NCBI GenBank assembly: GCA_963665275.2
Contig: CAXXIN010000018.1
Span: 1-64,000, forward strand
DNA from: Negativicutes bacterium
GTDB lineage: Bacteria; Bacillota; Negativicutes; UBA1444
Length of the DNA: 64,000 nt
Direction: 5' to 3'
The notes under the pieces: model-generated
Seen by the model: the letters and a program-made list of their open reading frames with translations, nothing else
Told to the model about the DNA's origin: nothing
Database searches by the model: none
Part shown: in pieces, positions 36,683-47,000 of the stretch
Layout: each line of letters opens with the position of its first letter
Numbering within the stretch: position 1 is the first letter of the stretch
Program-made: the position numbers and the translations under genes

Positions 36683-39600
36683 ATGAAGGCTCGAGACAAG
36701 ATCGTTCATGACACCGCCAGGAAGGCCCGCCCGCTGAAACTGGCGGACATCATTGATGTTCAAACGGTTCAGAGCCTGATGGATGCTTTTTTTGAGCTGA
36801 CCCATATCGGAATCGGCATCATTGATATGGAAGGAAAAGTGTTGGTGGCGACTGGGTGGCAGGAGATCTGTATGCAGTTTCATCGGTGCAACCAGGAAAC
36901 ACGCCGGCATTGCATTGAAAGCGACACCTTGTTATCGGTTGGTGTTGAACCCGGTACCTTTAAACCCTATCGATGCAAAAATGGCATGTGGGATATTTCG
37001 ACGCCCATCGTAATCAGGGGCATACATCTGGGGAATATCTTTTTGGGGCAATTTTTATTTGAGGATGAACAGCCAAACTACGCTACTTTTCGCGAGCAGG
37101 CCCAACGATATGGTTTTAATGAAACGCAATATATTGAAGCCCTCGAACGGGTGCCACGATGGGAGCGAGCTACCGTGAGAAATGTGCTGGAATTTTACAC
37201 CCAACTTGCGAATCTGATCGCGGTGCAAGGAGTAAGGAATGCTGAACTTGCCGAGTCGGTGGATGTGCGCCAACGGGCGGAAGCGGCACTGATAGAGGCA
37301 AACAATTGGCTGGAGGCCGAGGTGGCCGTTAGAACCCGGGCCTTGACCGTTTCCAATGAAGAACTGACATTAATGAATGAAGAAGTAAAAGCGATCAATG
37401 ACGAGGTTACTTCGCTAAACCTGGAGCTGCAAAATATTAAAGGTACACTGGAGCAGCGTATTGCGGAACGAACTGCGGAGCTGACGGCAACACATAATGC
37501 GCTTGCTGCGCAATATCTGGAATTTCGACAGACACAGGAAAAATTGCATGAACAGGAAACTAGCTATTTTGCCGTAGTTCAAAATCTGGCAGACGGAGTT
37601 GCCTTGCGTGATCAATCGGACCGCATTCTGTATGCAAATCAGGCTTTTGCCGAGATGGTCCAGGCGGATGATCCTGACAGCTTACGCGGAAAATATTATT
37701 CGGAGTTCGTTCCAATGGAGGAGCGTGAAGAAACTTATCGTCGTACGGACAGTATTTTCAAAGGCGCCAAAATTCCGTGGAGGGAACATCGCCTGATCGG
37801 TTTGCGTCGCCAGACTACCTTTGTCGTTTCCATAGGACTTTTGGTTGAGCAGGGTGGGGATCCTTGTATCATGTCAGTATTCCATGACGTCACCGACGTG
37901 AAAAGCAAGGAGGCTATGTTGCAACGCAATGCTGCAGTACAGACGGTGCTGCGGGGCATTGCCGATGCTGCGTTGTTGAACGATTCACTGGATAATGTTT
38001 ATGTGACGATGCATTGTCTTATAAAAAGAATTCTGCCTGCGCAGAATTTTTATATTACCTTGCTTGATGAAACGACCGGAGAGATCAAGGTTCCTTACTG
38101 CGTGGATGAGACACGGACCGTTCCGGCGAGCAGGCCAATCAGCAAAGGCTTGACAGAATATATCATAAGTGAGGGGAAGACTGTCCTGCTGAGTGCTGCA
38201 GACCTTTCCCGCTTGCAGTCAGCTGGCGAAATAGTGTATTTTTTCCCCCAAGAGCAGGATTGGTTGGGAGCGCCCTTGGTGGACGTGCACGGAAAAATTT
38301 TTGGGGTTCTTGCTATTTTTGCTAATAATAGCACAGAAAGTTTTCAAAATGACGCAGTCGAGGTCATGTCGATTATAGCTGCACAGATTTCTTTGCTAAT
38401 CCAACGTAAACACGTGGAACACGAATTGATGCAGAATGAGGCGCGCTATCGGGCGGTTATGGAACAGGGAGCCGACGCGGTGATACTCTGTGATCCCGTT
38501 AGTGGAAAACTTCTTGAAGCCAACACCCGCTTCACGCAGATGTCCGGATACGATTTATTGCGCGATGGGCCTTTGACGCTATCTGATCTCCTTGCCGATA
38601 CACGTGACAATATTCAGGCGTATCAGGATGAGTTGAAACGGACCGGTTTTCTGCCACCCGAACGACGCTCTGGCTACCATAAGAGTGGGAGGATAGTGAC
38701 GGTCGAGCGGACCTGCACCTTTATCCGCTACCGGGATCGCAGTTTGATCGCAGTGAATATGAGAGATGTGAGCGAAGAGGTTCGTCGCGAGCAGGAAATC
38801 AACCGGGATGCCAAAATGGCCAATAAAGTCCAGCATGCATTGCTATCCAAACTAAATCCCTCCCCGTATCTTGAGGTTTCCACAATTTATGCGCCCCTCA
38901 GCTACGTGGGCGGGGATCTTTATTTCATGGATTGGCGTTATGATGCTCAAGTACTGCGGGGGTTTCTCATCGATACAACGGGACATGGACTGGCCACTGC
39001 TCTACATACGTCGGCCATGCATGTATTATTGCGCGAAATCAACGAAATGGATCTACCACTCCTTGAACAGATACAGACCCTCAATGAGCGGCTGTTGCAG
39101 TATTTCGATGCAGGCACTTTCGCTGGAGCGCTAGCTTTCGAGCTGGACCTACAGACCCGCGAGCTGCGCTGGGTGAGCGCCGGGATCCCCAAAATATGGG
39201 CAGCGACCCAACAGATACAGGGAACCATCATAACGCCGGGGATGTTTCTAGGGGTACAGTCCGATGAATCGTTTGAAATGAAAAATTTGTCAGTGAATAT
39301 TGGAGACTGCTTCTACTTCATGACGGATGGCATTACCGATCAGTTAAGTGATGATACGATTCTGCCCCTGGGGCGCTACCATGAGATGGTCGACTATTTG
39401 CACGCGTCCGTTCATTCAGAAAATTGCCGGGACGATTCGACCGCCATCTGTATCAGAGTGGCCGCATTGCCGCAAACGTCGGCGACCCGCGTGGGATGGC
39501 CCCGAATTATCCGCTTCAATGGCTATGGTGATTATCAACGACTCAAGGGGGAAGTGGCCGGTGTATTGACAGAGATTATTGGCTGGCCGCATTCTCTGGT

Positions 39601-39928
39601 GGAAGTGGCCGTGAATGAAGCCATCGCCAATGCCATGGAGTGTAGAGACGGGGTGCCGCGACCCCATCAGGCCAGGCTACGGTTCAATCATTTTGGCAGC
39701 AGGCTTGTTGTACGGGTCAGGAGTTCCCGCATGGGATTTGCCGGGAACGCGATGTTGCGACGGTTACGGGCCAATCCTCAGGATATATTTGCGTTTGGTG
39801 AAGATGCCGGAATGGGCCGCGGAATTCCCATCATGTTGACCGTCGCAGATCAGATGCTTTACAATAGTGAAGGCAATGAAGTGCTGCTGGCATGGAAACT
39901 TGGTTCGAATCGTCTCAGAGTGATGTGA
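36683..39928 (+). CDS. Multisensor PP2C phosphatase: PocR - coiled coil - PAS - GAF - PAS - SpoIIE - HATPase-like
   Basis: PocR motifs GWQEICMQFHR..C.ESD and YRCKNGMWD..PI; two PAS and one GAF; PP2C motifs VGGD, DTTGHG, TDG and DDST; C-terminal EAIANAME and GRGIPIM. Confidence 0.85.
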   Translation: MKARDKIVHDTARKARPLKLADIIDVQTVQSLMDAFFELTHIGIGIIDMEGKVLVATGWQEICMQFHRCNQETRRHCIESDTLLSVGVEPGTFKPYRCKNGMWDISTPIVIRGIHLGNIFLGQFLFEDEQPNYATFREQAQRYGFNETQYIEALERVPRWERATVRNVLEFYTQLANLIAVQGVRNAELAESVDVRQRAEAALIEANNWLEAEVAVRTRALTVSNEELTLMNEEVKAINDEVTSLNLELQNIKGTLEQRIAERTAELTATHNALAAQYLEFRQTQEKLHEQETSYFAVVQNLADGVALRDQSDRILYANQAFAEMVQADDPDSLRGKYYSEFVPMEEREETYRRTDSIFKGAKIPWREHRLIGLRRQTTFVVSIGLLVEQGGDPCIMSVFHDVTDVKSKEAMLQRNAAVQTVLRGIADAALLNDSLDNVYVTMHCLIKRILPAQNFYITLLDETTGEIKVPYCVDETRTVPASRPISKGLTEYIISEGKTVLLSAADLSRLQSAGEIVYFFPQEQDWLGAPLVDVHGKIFGVLAIFANNSTESFQNDAVEVMSIIAAQISLLIQRKHVEHELMQNEARYRAVMEQGADAVILCDPVSGKLLEANTRFTQMSGYDLLRDGPLTLSDLLADTRDNIQAYQDELKRTGFLPPERRSGYHKSGRIVTVERTCTFIRYRDRSLIAVNMRDVSEEVRREQEINRDAKMANKVQHALLSKLNPSPYLEVSTIYAPLSYVGGDLYFMDWRYDAQVLRGFLIDTTGHGLATALHTSAMHVLLREINEMDLPLLEQIQTLNERLLQYFDAGTFAGALAFELDLQTRELRWVSAGIPKIWAATQQIQGTIITPGMFLGVQSDESFEMKNLSVNIGDCFYFMTDGITDQLSDDTILPLGRYHEMVDYLHASVHSENCRDDSTAICIRVAALPQTSATRVGWPRIIRFNGYGDYQRLKGEVAGVLTEIIGWPHSLVEVAVNEAIANAMECRDGVPRPHQARLRFNHFGSRLVVRVRSSRMGFAGNAMLRRLRANPQDIFAFGEDAGMGRGIPIMLTVADQMLYNSEGNEVLLAWKLGSNRLRVM

Positions 39929-39972
39929 TATAATATACTCAGAACATTAAAAATTTCGGGAGGTGCATCACC

Positions 39973-40431
39973 GTGACACGAATACGGAAAATATTGGTGG
40001 CGTATGATGGGTCTGCCCAAAGCAAAGAGGCGCTTGATTGGGCCATCGACCTAAGTTTGATGACCAAAGCACAGGTTATGGTGGTAAAGGTTATTGAAAT
40101 GATGTCTCTGCGCGAGATGACCGATTTGTATGAAGGCGGAGCACACGCTGATCTCTTGGTTGCTAAAATTGAGGAAATCCAAAAAGCTGATCAGAAATTG
40201 CTGGAAGACGCGATCAACGCAGTGGGTCAAAGAAAGGGAGTCGCTATAACAACAGCACTGCTTCATGGCAATGTGGCGGCGGCAATCATTGAGTTCTCCA
40301 AAGAAAATGACGTAGATTTAATTGTCGTCGGGACCAAAGGACATGGTGTTCTGGAAGAGTTGCTGATGGGCAGCGTGACCCGTAATTTGGTCAGCTTGTC
40401 GCGCATCCCGGTTCTGGTGGTTAAAGATTAA
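39973..40431 (+). CDS. Universal stress protein (single domain)
   Basis: KILVAYDGS and GTKGHG..MGSVT. GGAGG RBS with GTG start. Confidence 0.93.
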   Translation: MTRIRKILVAYDGSAQSKEALDWAIDLSLMTKAQVMVVKVIEMMSLREMTDLYEGGAHADLLVAKIEEIQKADQKLLEDAINAVGQRKGVAITTALLHGNVAAAIIEFSKENDVDLIVVGTKGHGVLEELLMGSVTRNLVSLSRIPVLVVKD

Positions 40432-40467
40432 CTCCAATGGGATCAGTTCCGCTCCGGGTAATCGGCG

Positions 40468-40503
40468 AAAAGCTCCAGACCACTAAAATGGTCGGGGGCT
40501 TTT
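40468..40503 (+). terminator. Intrinsic terminator
   Basis: aaaagctccagacca..tggtcgggggctttt. Confidence 0.65.
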
Positions 40504-40540
40504 GTTTGAATCAGTGAAAGCAGAGGGAGGAAAGCGATTC

Positions 40541-40717
40541 ATGAGAAATATTGAAATGACTACCGAAGGCAACATTCTGACAATCAAGGTGGACCTGAGC
40601 CAACGTTTTGGCAAGTCCAGCAGTGGCAAGTCTACTATTATCGCCAGTACAGAAGGCAATGTATCGGTTCCGGGAAATGAAGAAATCAAAATTGGCTTGA
40701 ACATATATACGAAGTAA
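40541..40717 (+). CDS. Small (58 aa) all-beta hypothetical protein
   Basis: GGGAGG RBS; MRNIEMTTEGNILTIKVDLS..SSSGKSTIIAST.GN..IGLNIY, a pattern I recognise as a conserved uncharacterised family. Confidence 0.8.
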   Translation: MRNIEMTTEGNILTIKVDLSQRFGKSSSGKSTIIASTEGNVSVPGNEEIKIGLNIYTK

Positions 40718-40731
40718 AGGAACGGGATAGG

Positions 40732-41721
40732 ATGCATTTTTATTGTTCAGATTGCGGCAAGGTTTATCCAATTGAGGGGTTGGCATATCAGTGCGAGTGC
40801 GGCGGCCTGTTCAAACTTTATAAGGACAAGGACGCGCACGTTTCTGCAGCCGTGTCCCTGGGCGAAATGACTACACCTATGGTGAAGCGGACCCTGCAGG
40901 GACGGCAAGTTTGGCTAAAAGTTGATTATATGCAACCAACGGGGTCGTTCAAGGACCGTGGCGCATTGGTTATGATGAATAAGCTGAAAGAATTGGGCAT
41001 AACGGAAGTGGTGGAAGATTCCTCCGGCAATGCCGGGGCCGCGATTGCCGGTTATTGCGCAGCGGCAGGCATCAAATGCAGCATCTATCTGCCGGAAGAT
41101 ACTTCGTCAGGAAAAATAAAGCAGATCAATGCATATAAGGCCACTGTGGTAAAGATTCCAGGCGCGCGCGATGATGTAGCGAAAGCAATACAAATAGCGG
41201 CTGAAACTACTTATTATGCGTCGCATGTTTATAATCCGCTGTTTTTTGAAGGGACCAAGTCGTTGGCTTACGAGATTAATGAGCAGGTAGGGATTCCCGA
41301 CTATGTGGTAGTACCTGTCGGAAATGGAACCATGCTGCTCGGCGTGTTCCAAGGCTTCAAAGAAATAGGCAGGATTCCTCGTATTATTGCAGTACAGAGT
41401 GAAAACTGCGCCCCGGTTTACTGCAAGTTCCAGCATTGTCCGGCGAGCGAGATTAAAAAAACAGTCGCTGAAGGGATCGCGGTCGGAACACCGAAAAGAA
41501 TTGATGAGTTGATCGCGGCGGTGGAAGAAAGCCGGGGCGATTTTATCACAGTGGATGATGCGAGTGTAACGAGTGCGCAACAACTGCTGGGCTCAATGGG
41601 GTTTTATATTGAAGCGACTTCGGGCGCGGCTGTCGCCGGAATGCTGCAATACTTTGAAACAGCGGCAACAGAACGGTTCAAAATAGTAGTCCCGTTAACC
41701 GGGATGGGGCTAAAAAAGTAA
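40732..41721 (+). CDS. Threonine synthase-like PLP-dependent enzyme (fold type II)
   Basis: N-terminal CxxC..CxC, SLGE..TP, PTGSFKDRG (PLP-Lys), SSGNAG, VPVGNG and PLTG.GLK. Confidence 0.85.
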   Translation: MHFYCSDCGKVYPIEGLAYQCECGGLFKLYKDKDAHVSAAVSLGEMTTPMVKRTLQGRQVWLKVDYMQPTGSFKDRGALVMMNKLKELGITEVVEDSSGNAGAAIAGYCAAAGIKCSIYLPEDTSSGKIKQINAYKATVVKIPGARDDVAKAIQIAAETTYYASHVYNPLFFEGTKSLAYEINEQVGIPDYVVVPVGNGTMLLGVFQGFKEIGRIPRIIAVQSENCAPVYCKFQHCPASEIKKTVAEGIAVGTPKRIDELIAAVEESRGDFITVDDASVTSAQQLLGSMGFYIEATSGAAVAGMLQYFETAATERFKIVVPLTGMGLKK

Positions 41722-41752
41722 GTCTGCCAATGAAATCGGTATGAGCGAAAAT

Positions 41753-41801
41753 TAAGAGAAAAGCCGTCTAACCTAACCGAAGGTCCGACGGCTTTTCTCT
41801 T
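41753..41801. terminator. Bidirectional terminator between convergent genes
   Basis: aagagaaaagccgtc...gacggcttttctctt. Confidence 0.85.
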
Positions 41802-41829
41802 ACAAGTTCGATATTAGATGGTATAAGTT

Positions 41830-42735
41830 TCACTGCGTGGCAATCTTTTGATCCACAATTCCGATGAGTTGTTCAATTTCCGGTTTGGTAATCTGAGCAA
41901 AAGCGCCGAGAGTTTGCCCTTTTAGTCGCATTTCCTCATTGATCAGGGAAGAGAAGATCACGACCGGCAAATCCTTTAATCTTGGGTGGCTTTTGATGCG
42001 TTTTGTCAGGTGATGACCATCCATTTGAGGCATTTCGATATCAGTGATGATGAGCTGAATCTGGTCGGTAACGGGCTTTTCCGAATCAGCGATAGCTTCG
42101 AGCTTGGTCCAAGCTTCCAAACCATTTTCATTGCTGATGGTGTTATATCCGGCAGTATGAAGGGTGCCGAGCAACAAGTCGCGCAACATACGGGAATCTT
42201 CCGCGATCAGAATCGTTTTCTTCTGACGGAGTTGGACGAGTTCCGGAGTAGAAAGAGGGACCGCTGTCATTTTTTTATTCATTTCGGGGTTCACATCTGC
42301 CAGGATTTTTTCGAAGTCAAGCAAGATGATCATCCGATCCTGCATCTTCACAATTCCGACGACCAGATCCGAACCGGCGAGTTGCGGTGCTGGTTCCATC
42401 TGGGTCCATGAGATGCGGTGAATTCGATACACGGCATCGACTTTGAATCCAACATGATAGTTGTTGATTTCGCATACGATAATTTTAAAGTCGTCGGATG
42501 TCGCCGGTGCGTTTAAACTGCGGGCGAGATTGACCAAAGGCATAACCCGGGAGCGTAACGTAAAGACTCCATCCAGATTCGGATGGGACCTGGCGATGAA
42601 CGTGACAGGAACGGCGTTGATAACTTCCCGGACTTTCGCCACATTCAGACCATAGTAGACATCGCCGACTGAAAACTCGATGATTTCAAATTCATTGGTG
42701 CCTGATTCCAGCAAAATTCCTTTATTATCGGCCAT
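41830..42735 (-). CDS. cheV: Chemotaxis protein CheV (CheW plus receiver)
   Basis: ILLESGTNE, GLNVAKVREV, IHRISW, AEDS and ITDIEMPQMDG. Confidence 0.93.
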   Translation of the reverse strand: MADNKGILLESGTNEFEIIEFSVGDVYYGLNVAKVREVINAVPVTFIARSHPNLDGVFTLRSRVMPLVNLARSLNAPATSDDFKIIVCEINNYHVGFKVDAVYRIHRISWTQMEPAPQLAGSDLVVGIVKMQDRMIILLDFEKILADVNPEMNKKMTAVPLSTPELVQLRQKKTILIAEDSRMLRDLLLGTLHTAGYNTISNENGLEAWTKLEAIADSEKPVTDQIQLIITDIEMPQMDGHHLTKRIKSHPRLKDLPVVIFSSLINEEMRLKGQTLGAFAQITKPEIEQLIGIVDQKIATQ

Positions 42736-42804
42736 GGAAACCTCCAACACTTTTGCAAGTTCTCTTTAGTTATTAATTATTCGCGTTGGGTGTTAAAAAC
42801 CCTT

Positions 42805-45800
42805 TTATTTCTGAGCGGATGTTACAGGAGTATCCGGGTGAATCTTGAACCAGGCAGCGTACATTACCGGCAAAACAAGAAGGGTTAAGACCGTAGCTCC
42901 GAATAACCCCCCAGCGATGGCAATGGCCATTGGTCCCCAGAAGGTGCTCGGCATTAGAGGCATCATGCCCAGTATTGCTGCTGCGGCCGTGAGCATGATT
43001 GGTCGGAAACGCAACACCGCTGAATTGATGATGGCGTCCCAGGGCGCCTGCCCGTCGGCAATGTGTTTTTCAATCTGATCCAGCAATATAACTGAGTTTC
43101 GGATAATCATGCCGCTCAACGCTAAAATGCCAAGCTCGGCAACAAACCCAATAGGTTTGAATGTAACGAGCATTAATATGGAAACACCAATGATCCCAAG
43201 TGGAGCGGTTAATAACGCAAGCAGCATCAGAGAGACTTTTTGCAACTGCAACATGAGCAGAAATACGATGATCAGAACCATGACAGGGACTGGTTGCAAG
43301 AGGTAGCCGATGGAGTTTTTGCTGTTCTCCAAGGAACCGCCGACATTGATGCTGTAGCCTGGCGGTAAGGATTGCCGCAGGGAAGCAAGCTCTGCGTATA
43401 TTTTTTTAGTAGCGTCGTTTCCGGTGATGCTGTTTTGCAGTTCGGCCTGTACGGTGATGGTCGGTTTTAGGTTGCGACGCCAGATCAGGCCATCCTCACT
43501 GTCGTAGCTGATTTTAGCGATCTGACTGAGAGGAACGAATTTTCCGCTGCCAATATGGATGGGCAGATCCTTGATGCGCGACAGATCTTTACGGTCCTGG
43601 GGATTCATTCGAAAAACGATGGCGACGGTTTTATCCTCTTGCCGAAATTCTGCGATAGCCGCGCCGGAGAGTTGCATTTGCAGGCTGGTAGCCAGGGATT
43701 GGTTATCGATGCCGAGCATTCTGGCCTTGTCTTGATCTATGGCGAGATGCATGATTTTATTTTTTTCGTTCCAATCGAAGTTGACATCTTTCAGATAAGG
43801 TTTGGCGTTCATTACAGCTCCGACTTTTTGTGCGATTTCCTTCGTTTTGTCATGATCGATGCCGCTGACTCGCAGCATTACTGGATAAGCGGAGGGGGGA
43901 CCGGTTTGCAACAGTTTGACATGACTGCGAACCTCTGAAAACTTTTCCGCCAAAATCCCATTTGCCTTTTCGTTTATCCTGTTTCTCGCCGCCAGATCTT
44001 TTGCAACAAAAATGAACTGTGCATAGGTATTGTTTGGAAGAGTAGGTTCGCTGGTCAATACAAAACGTGGGGCGCCTTCGCCGACATGGTAGCTATAACC
44101 AACTAAGTCGGGGTCGTTCTCAAATTCTTTGGCGAAACGAGCGGCCTCGGCCTCTGTCGCCCGGATGGCCGAACCTTCCGGCATGTTCATTTCCACAATG
44201 ATTTCTTTGCGCAGTGAGGGCGGGAAAAATTCCTGCCGAATTAATTGGAAGAGGAAAATGGAACCAACAAAGCAGGCGAGAGTGAGGACAAGAACAAGTT
44301 TGCGTCGCTCCAAACACCAAGTCAAGGTACTACGAAATTTGCGGTAAAATCTCGAATCATAAACATTTATAGACGGATCATGATGTTCCTGGGGTTTGAT
44401 TAATTTATAGCCCAACAGGGGAGTGACGATGACAGATACAAACCAGGACAGCACTAGTGCAATGGTGATGACCGTGAATAGGCTGCTGGAAAATTCTGCG
44501 GCGTTTCCTTTGGCAAAACCGATGGGGATGAACCCGGCGCAGGTAATTAGTGTACCTGTCAACATGGGGAGGGCAGTTGCGGTATACGCATAGCAGGCGG
44601 CATCGTACCGACTCCAGCCTTGTTCGAGCTTTACCGACATCATTTCAATCGCGATGATAGCGTCATCGACCAATAATCCGAGTGAGATGATCAGTGCGCC
44701 CAGAGAAACTTTGTGGAGGTCGATACCTGCAACTTTCATGCAGGCAAAGACCCCGGCCAGCACCAACGGGATGCATAAAGCAACTACGATGCCTGAGCGT
44801 AGTCCCAGGCTGATGAAACTAACAATCAGCACGATGACTACGGCTTCAAGTAACGATTTGATAAATTCACCAATTGAATCATCCACGATATCAGGTTGAT
44901 TGGATACTTGTCCAATTTCCAGACCGAGAGGCAGATCAATTTTGATCTGCTCAATAGCCTTATCCAGATCATCGCCGAGTTTGAGGATGTTACCACCTTT
45001 ATCCATGGACAAGGCAATACCGACGGCGGGTTTTCCGTTGTAGAACATTTTGGGGTCTGGTGGATCAACGAAACCGCTTGTCACGGTGGCAATATCGCCA
45101 AGCCGAAAAGTGCGGCCGCCAGCTCTTACAGGGATTTTTCGGACGTTTTCAATATCTTCGAACATGCCGCTGACCCGAAGGTACACATTATCTGAAGAGG
45201 TTTCGACCATGCCGGAGGCCGTCATGGAATTTTGTGTTTTGATTGCCGCAATCAGCAGATTGGGATCAATCCCCATTTGGGAAAGTTTACTGCTCTCCAT
45301 CTCAATGAAGATTTTCTCAGCCTGGACGCCGACCAATTGGACTTTTTTTACATTGGGTACGCCAAGCAAGATGCGTCGAATCGTTTCGGCCTGTGAGCGT
45401 AGTTCCTCGTAATTAAACCCGTCTCCAGTCAAGGCGTATATGGACCCGAATACATCGTCGAAACGATCGTTGAAGAAGGGCCCGACGACTCCGCTGGGAA
45501 AGCTTGTCTTCACGTCGTTAACCATGTTACGGACTTCCAGCCAAGTCGGACGAATATCTTTTTCTGGCGTTGTTTCCTTTAGAACTACATAAATGATAGC
45601 TTGACCTGGTCGTGAGAAACTTTTAAGGTAATCGATCCCAGGAGTATCCTGGAGCTTTTTTTCGATTTTGTCGGTAACCTGTTCTTCAACTTCCCTGGCA
45701 CTGGCGCCTGGCCATGCAACAGAAACGACCATTTGGCGGATGACAAAATCCGGGTCTTCCATGCGGCCTAATTGTCGATAGGAGAAAATTCCGGCGATGA

Positions 45801-45873
45801 AGATCATGGCAATGGTAAAATACACAAACTCCTTGTGGCGAAACGCCAATTCGGTCAGGTTGAAATTTTTCAC
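42805..45873 (-). CDS. RND efflux permease (AcrB/AcrD/AcrF family)
   Basis: 1022 aa; GLLVDDA and RFRPIMLT; paralog of 2496-5759. Confidence 0.95.
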   Translation of the reverse strand: MKNFNLTELAFRHKEFVYFTIAMIFIAGIFSYRQLGRMEDPDFVIRQMVVSVAWPGASAREVEEQVTDKIEKKLQDTPGIDYLKSFSRPGQAIIYVVLKETTPEKDIRPTWLEVRNMVNDVKTSFPSGVVGPFFNDRFDDVFGSIYALTGDGFNYEELRSQAETIRRILLGVPNVKKVQLVGVQAEKIFIEMESSKLSQMGIDPNLLIAAIKTQNSMTASGMVETSSDNVYLRVSGMFEDIENVRKIPVRAGGRTFRLGDIATVTSGFVDPPDPKMFYNGKPAVGIALSMDKGGNILKLGDDLDKAIEQIKIDLPLGLEIGQVSNQPDIVDDSIGEFIKSLLEAVVIVLIVSFISLGLRSGIVVALCIPLVLAGVFACMKVAGIDLHKVSLGALIISLGLLVDDAIIAIEMMSVKLEQGWSRYDAACYAYTATALPMLTGTLITCAGFIPIGFAKGNAAEFSSSLFTVITIALVLSWFVSVIVTPLLGYKLIKPQEHHDPSINVYDSRFYRKFRSTLTWCLERRKLVLVLTLACFVGSIFLFQLIRQEFFPPSLRKEIIVEMNMPEGSAIRATEAEAARFAKEFENDPDLVGYSYHVGEGAPRFVLTSEPTLPNNTYAQFIFVAKDLAARNRINEKANGILAEKFSEVRSHVKLLQTGPPSAYPVMLRVSGIDHDKTKEIAQKVGAVMNAKPYLKDVNFDWNEKNKIMHLAIDQDKARMLGIDNQSLATSLQMQLSGAAIAEFRQEDKTVAIVFRMNPQDRKDLSRIKDLPIHIGSGKFVPLSQIAKISYDSEDGLIWRRNLKPTITVQAELQNSITGNDATKKIYAELASLRQSLPPGYSINVGGSLENSKNSIGYLLQPVPVMVLIIVFLLMLQLQKVSLMLLALLTAPLGIIGVSILMLVTFKPIGFVAELGILALSGMIIRNSVILLDQIEKHIADGQAPWDAIINSAVLRFRPIMLTAAAAILGMMPLMPSTFWGPMAIAIAGGLFGATVLTLLVLPVMYAAWFKIHPDTPVTSAQK

Positions 45874-46982
45874 TTTTCGTCACCGTCCAACCGAACTTTT
45901 TGACCTTCTTTTAATTTATGCACGCCTGCGGTGATGACAATCTCATCATTTTTTAGGCCGTCGAGTATTTGGACGCTTCCATCGCCAAACGCTCCGATCT
46001 TTACAGGCCGGAGCGAGGCCTCTCCACTAGTGACAACCCATACGGATGGATTGGCGCCAGTCTGATAAATGGCGGAGATCGGTACATAAGCAGCTTTATG
46101 ATTGGCTGCAACGGACGTACTGACACTAGCGGTCATGCCAAGTTTCATTTCTGGCGGTGGGTTGTTGAGATGAATACGCACTTTGTAGGTACGAGAAGTT
46201 TTATCGGCGATGGGGGAAATTTCACGTACCGTACCATCAACGATTCGATCCGGCAAGGCCCAGAAAGTAACTTTGATTTCCCGTGCGTTACGAATATCTT
46301 CGTATCGATTTTCCGGCACTTCCATTTCGATTTCGCGTTCGCCATCTTGCACCACTGTCAGTACAGCTTGACCGGCAGCGACTACTTGGCCAGCCTCCAC
46401 ATTAATGCTGGAAATGACACCGGCGTTAGTGGCTCGAAGCGCAGTGTACCCAAGTTGGTTCGAACCTTGCGCATACTGGGCTGAAGCCTGACGGGCAGAG
46501 GCCGCGGCGGCGGCATAAGCGTTTTCATACTGATCGTAGATTGCGCGACTGACAGCGCCTTGTTCGTATAGAGTTTGATATCGTTTTAGGTTGGTTTCAG
46601 CCCAAGTCAACTGGGATTGGGCTGCAGCTACCTGAGCTGAAGTAATGTTCACAGTCTGCTGGACATCTTTGGGGTCGATTTCCATCAATACATCACCAAC
46701 CGACACCTTGCTGCCCAGTTCCACGTTGCGTTGAATTATTTTGCCACCGACTTGAAATGCCAGCGAGCTTTCATAACGACCGCGAACCTCACCGGAGTAG
46801 ATGGCATTCTGATCGCCGCCGTTTACCTTTACCCGGATTGACCGGACTAAGGGTGGTAATTCTGCTTTGGTTTTTTTAACGGATAAATTGGCGACGAGTG
46901 AAGCGGATAATACAATCAATATGACCACAAGTGCTGTAATTATGCTTTTCTTATGCGAGTGTAGAAGTTCTTTTGTTATCAT
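45870..46982 (-). CDS. RND efflux periplasmic adaptor
   Basis: TM anchor; YSGEVRGRYES.LAFQVGG and EAGQVVAAGQ. Confidence 0.92.
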   Translation of the reverse strand: MITKELLHSHKKSIITALVVILIVLSASLVANLSVKKTKAELPPLVRSIRVKVNGGDQNAIYSGEVRGRYESSLAFQVGGKIIQRNVELGSKVSVGDVLMEIDPKDVQQTVNITSAQVAAAQSQLTWAETNLKRYQTLYEQGAVSRAIYDQYENAYAAAAASARQASAQYAQGSNQLGYTALRATNAGVISSINVEAGQVVAAGQAVLTVVQDGEREIEMEVPENRYEDIRNAREIKVTFWALPDRIVDGTVREISPIADKTSRTYKVRIHLNNPPPEMKLGMTASVSTSVAANHKAAYVPISAIYQTGANPSVWVVTSGEASLRPVKIGAFGDGSVQILDGLKNDEIVITAGVHKLKEGQKVRLDGDEK

Positions 46983-47000
46983 TATGAATCGTTCCCTTCA

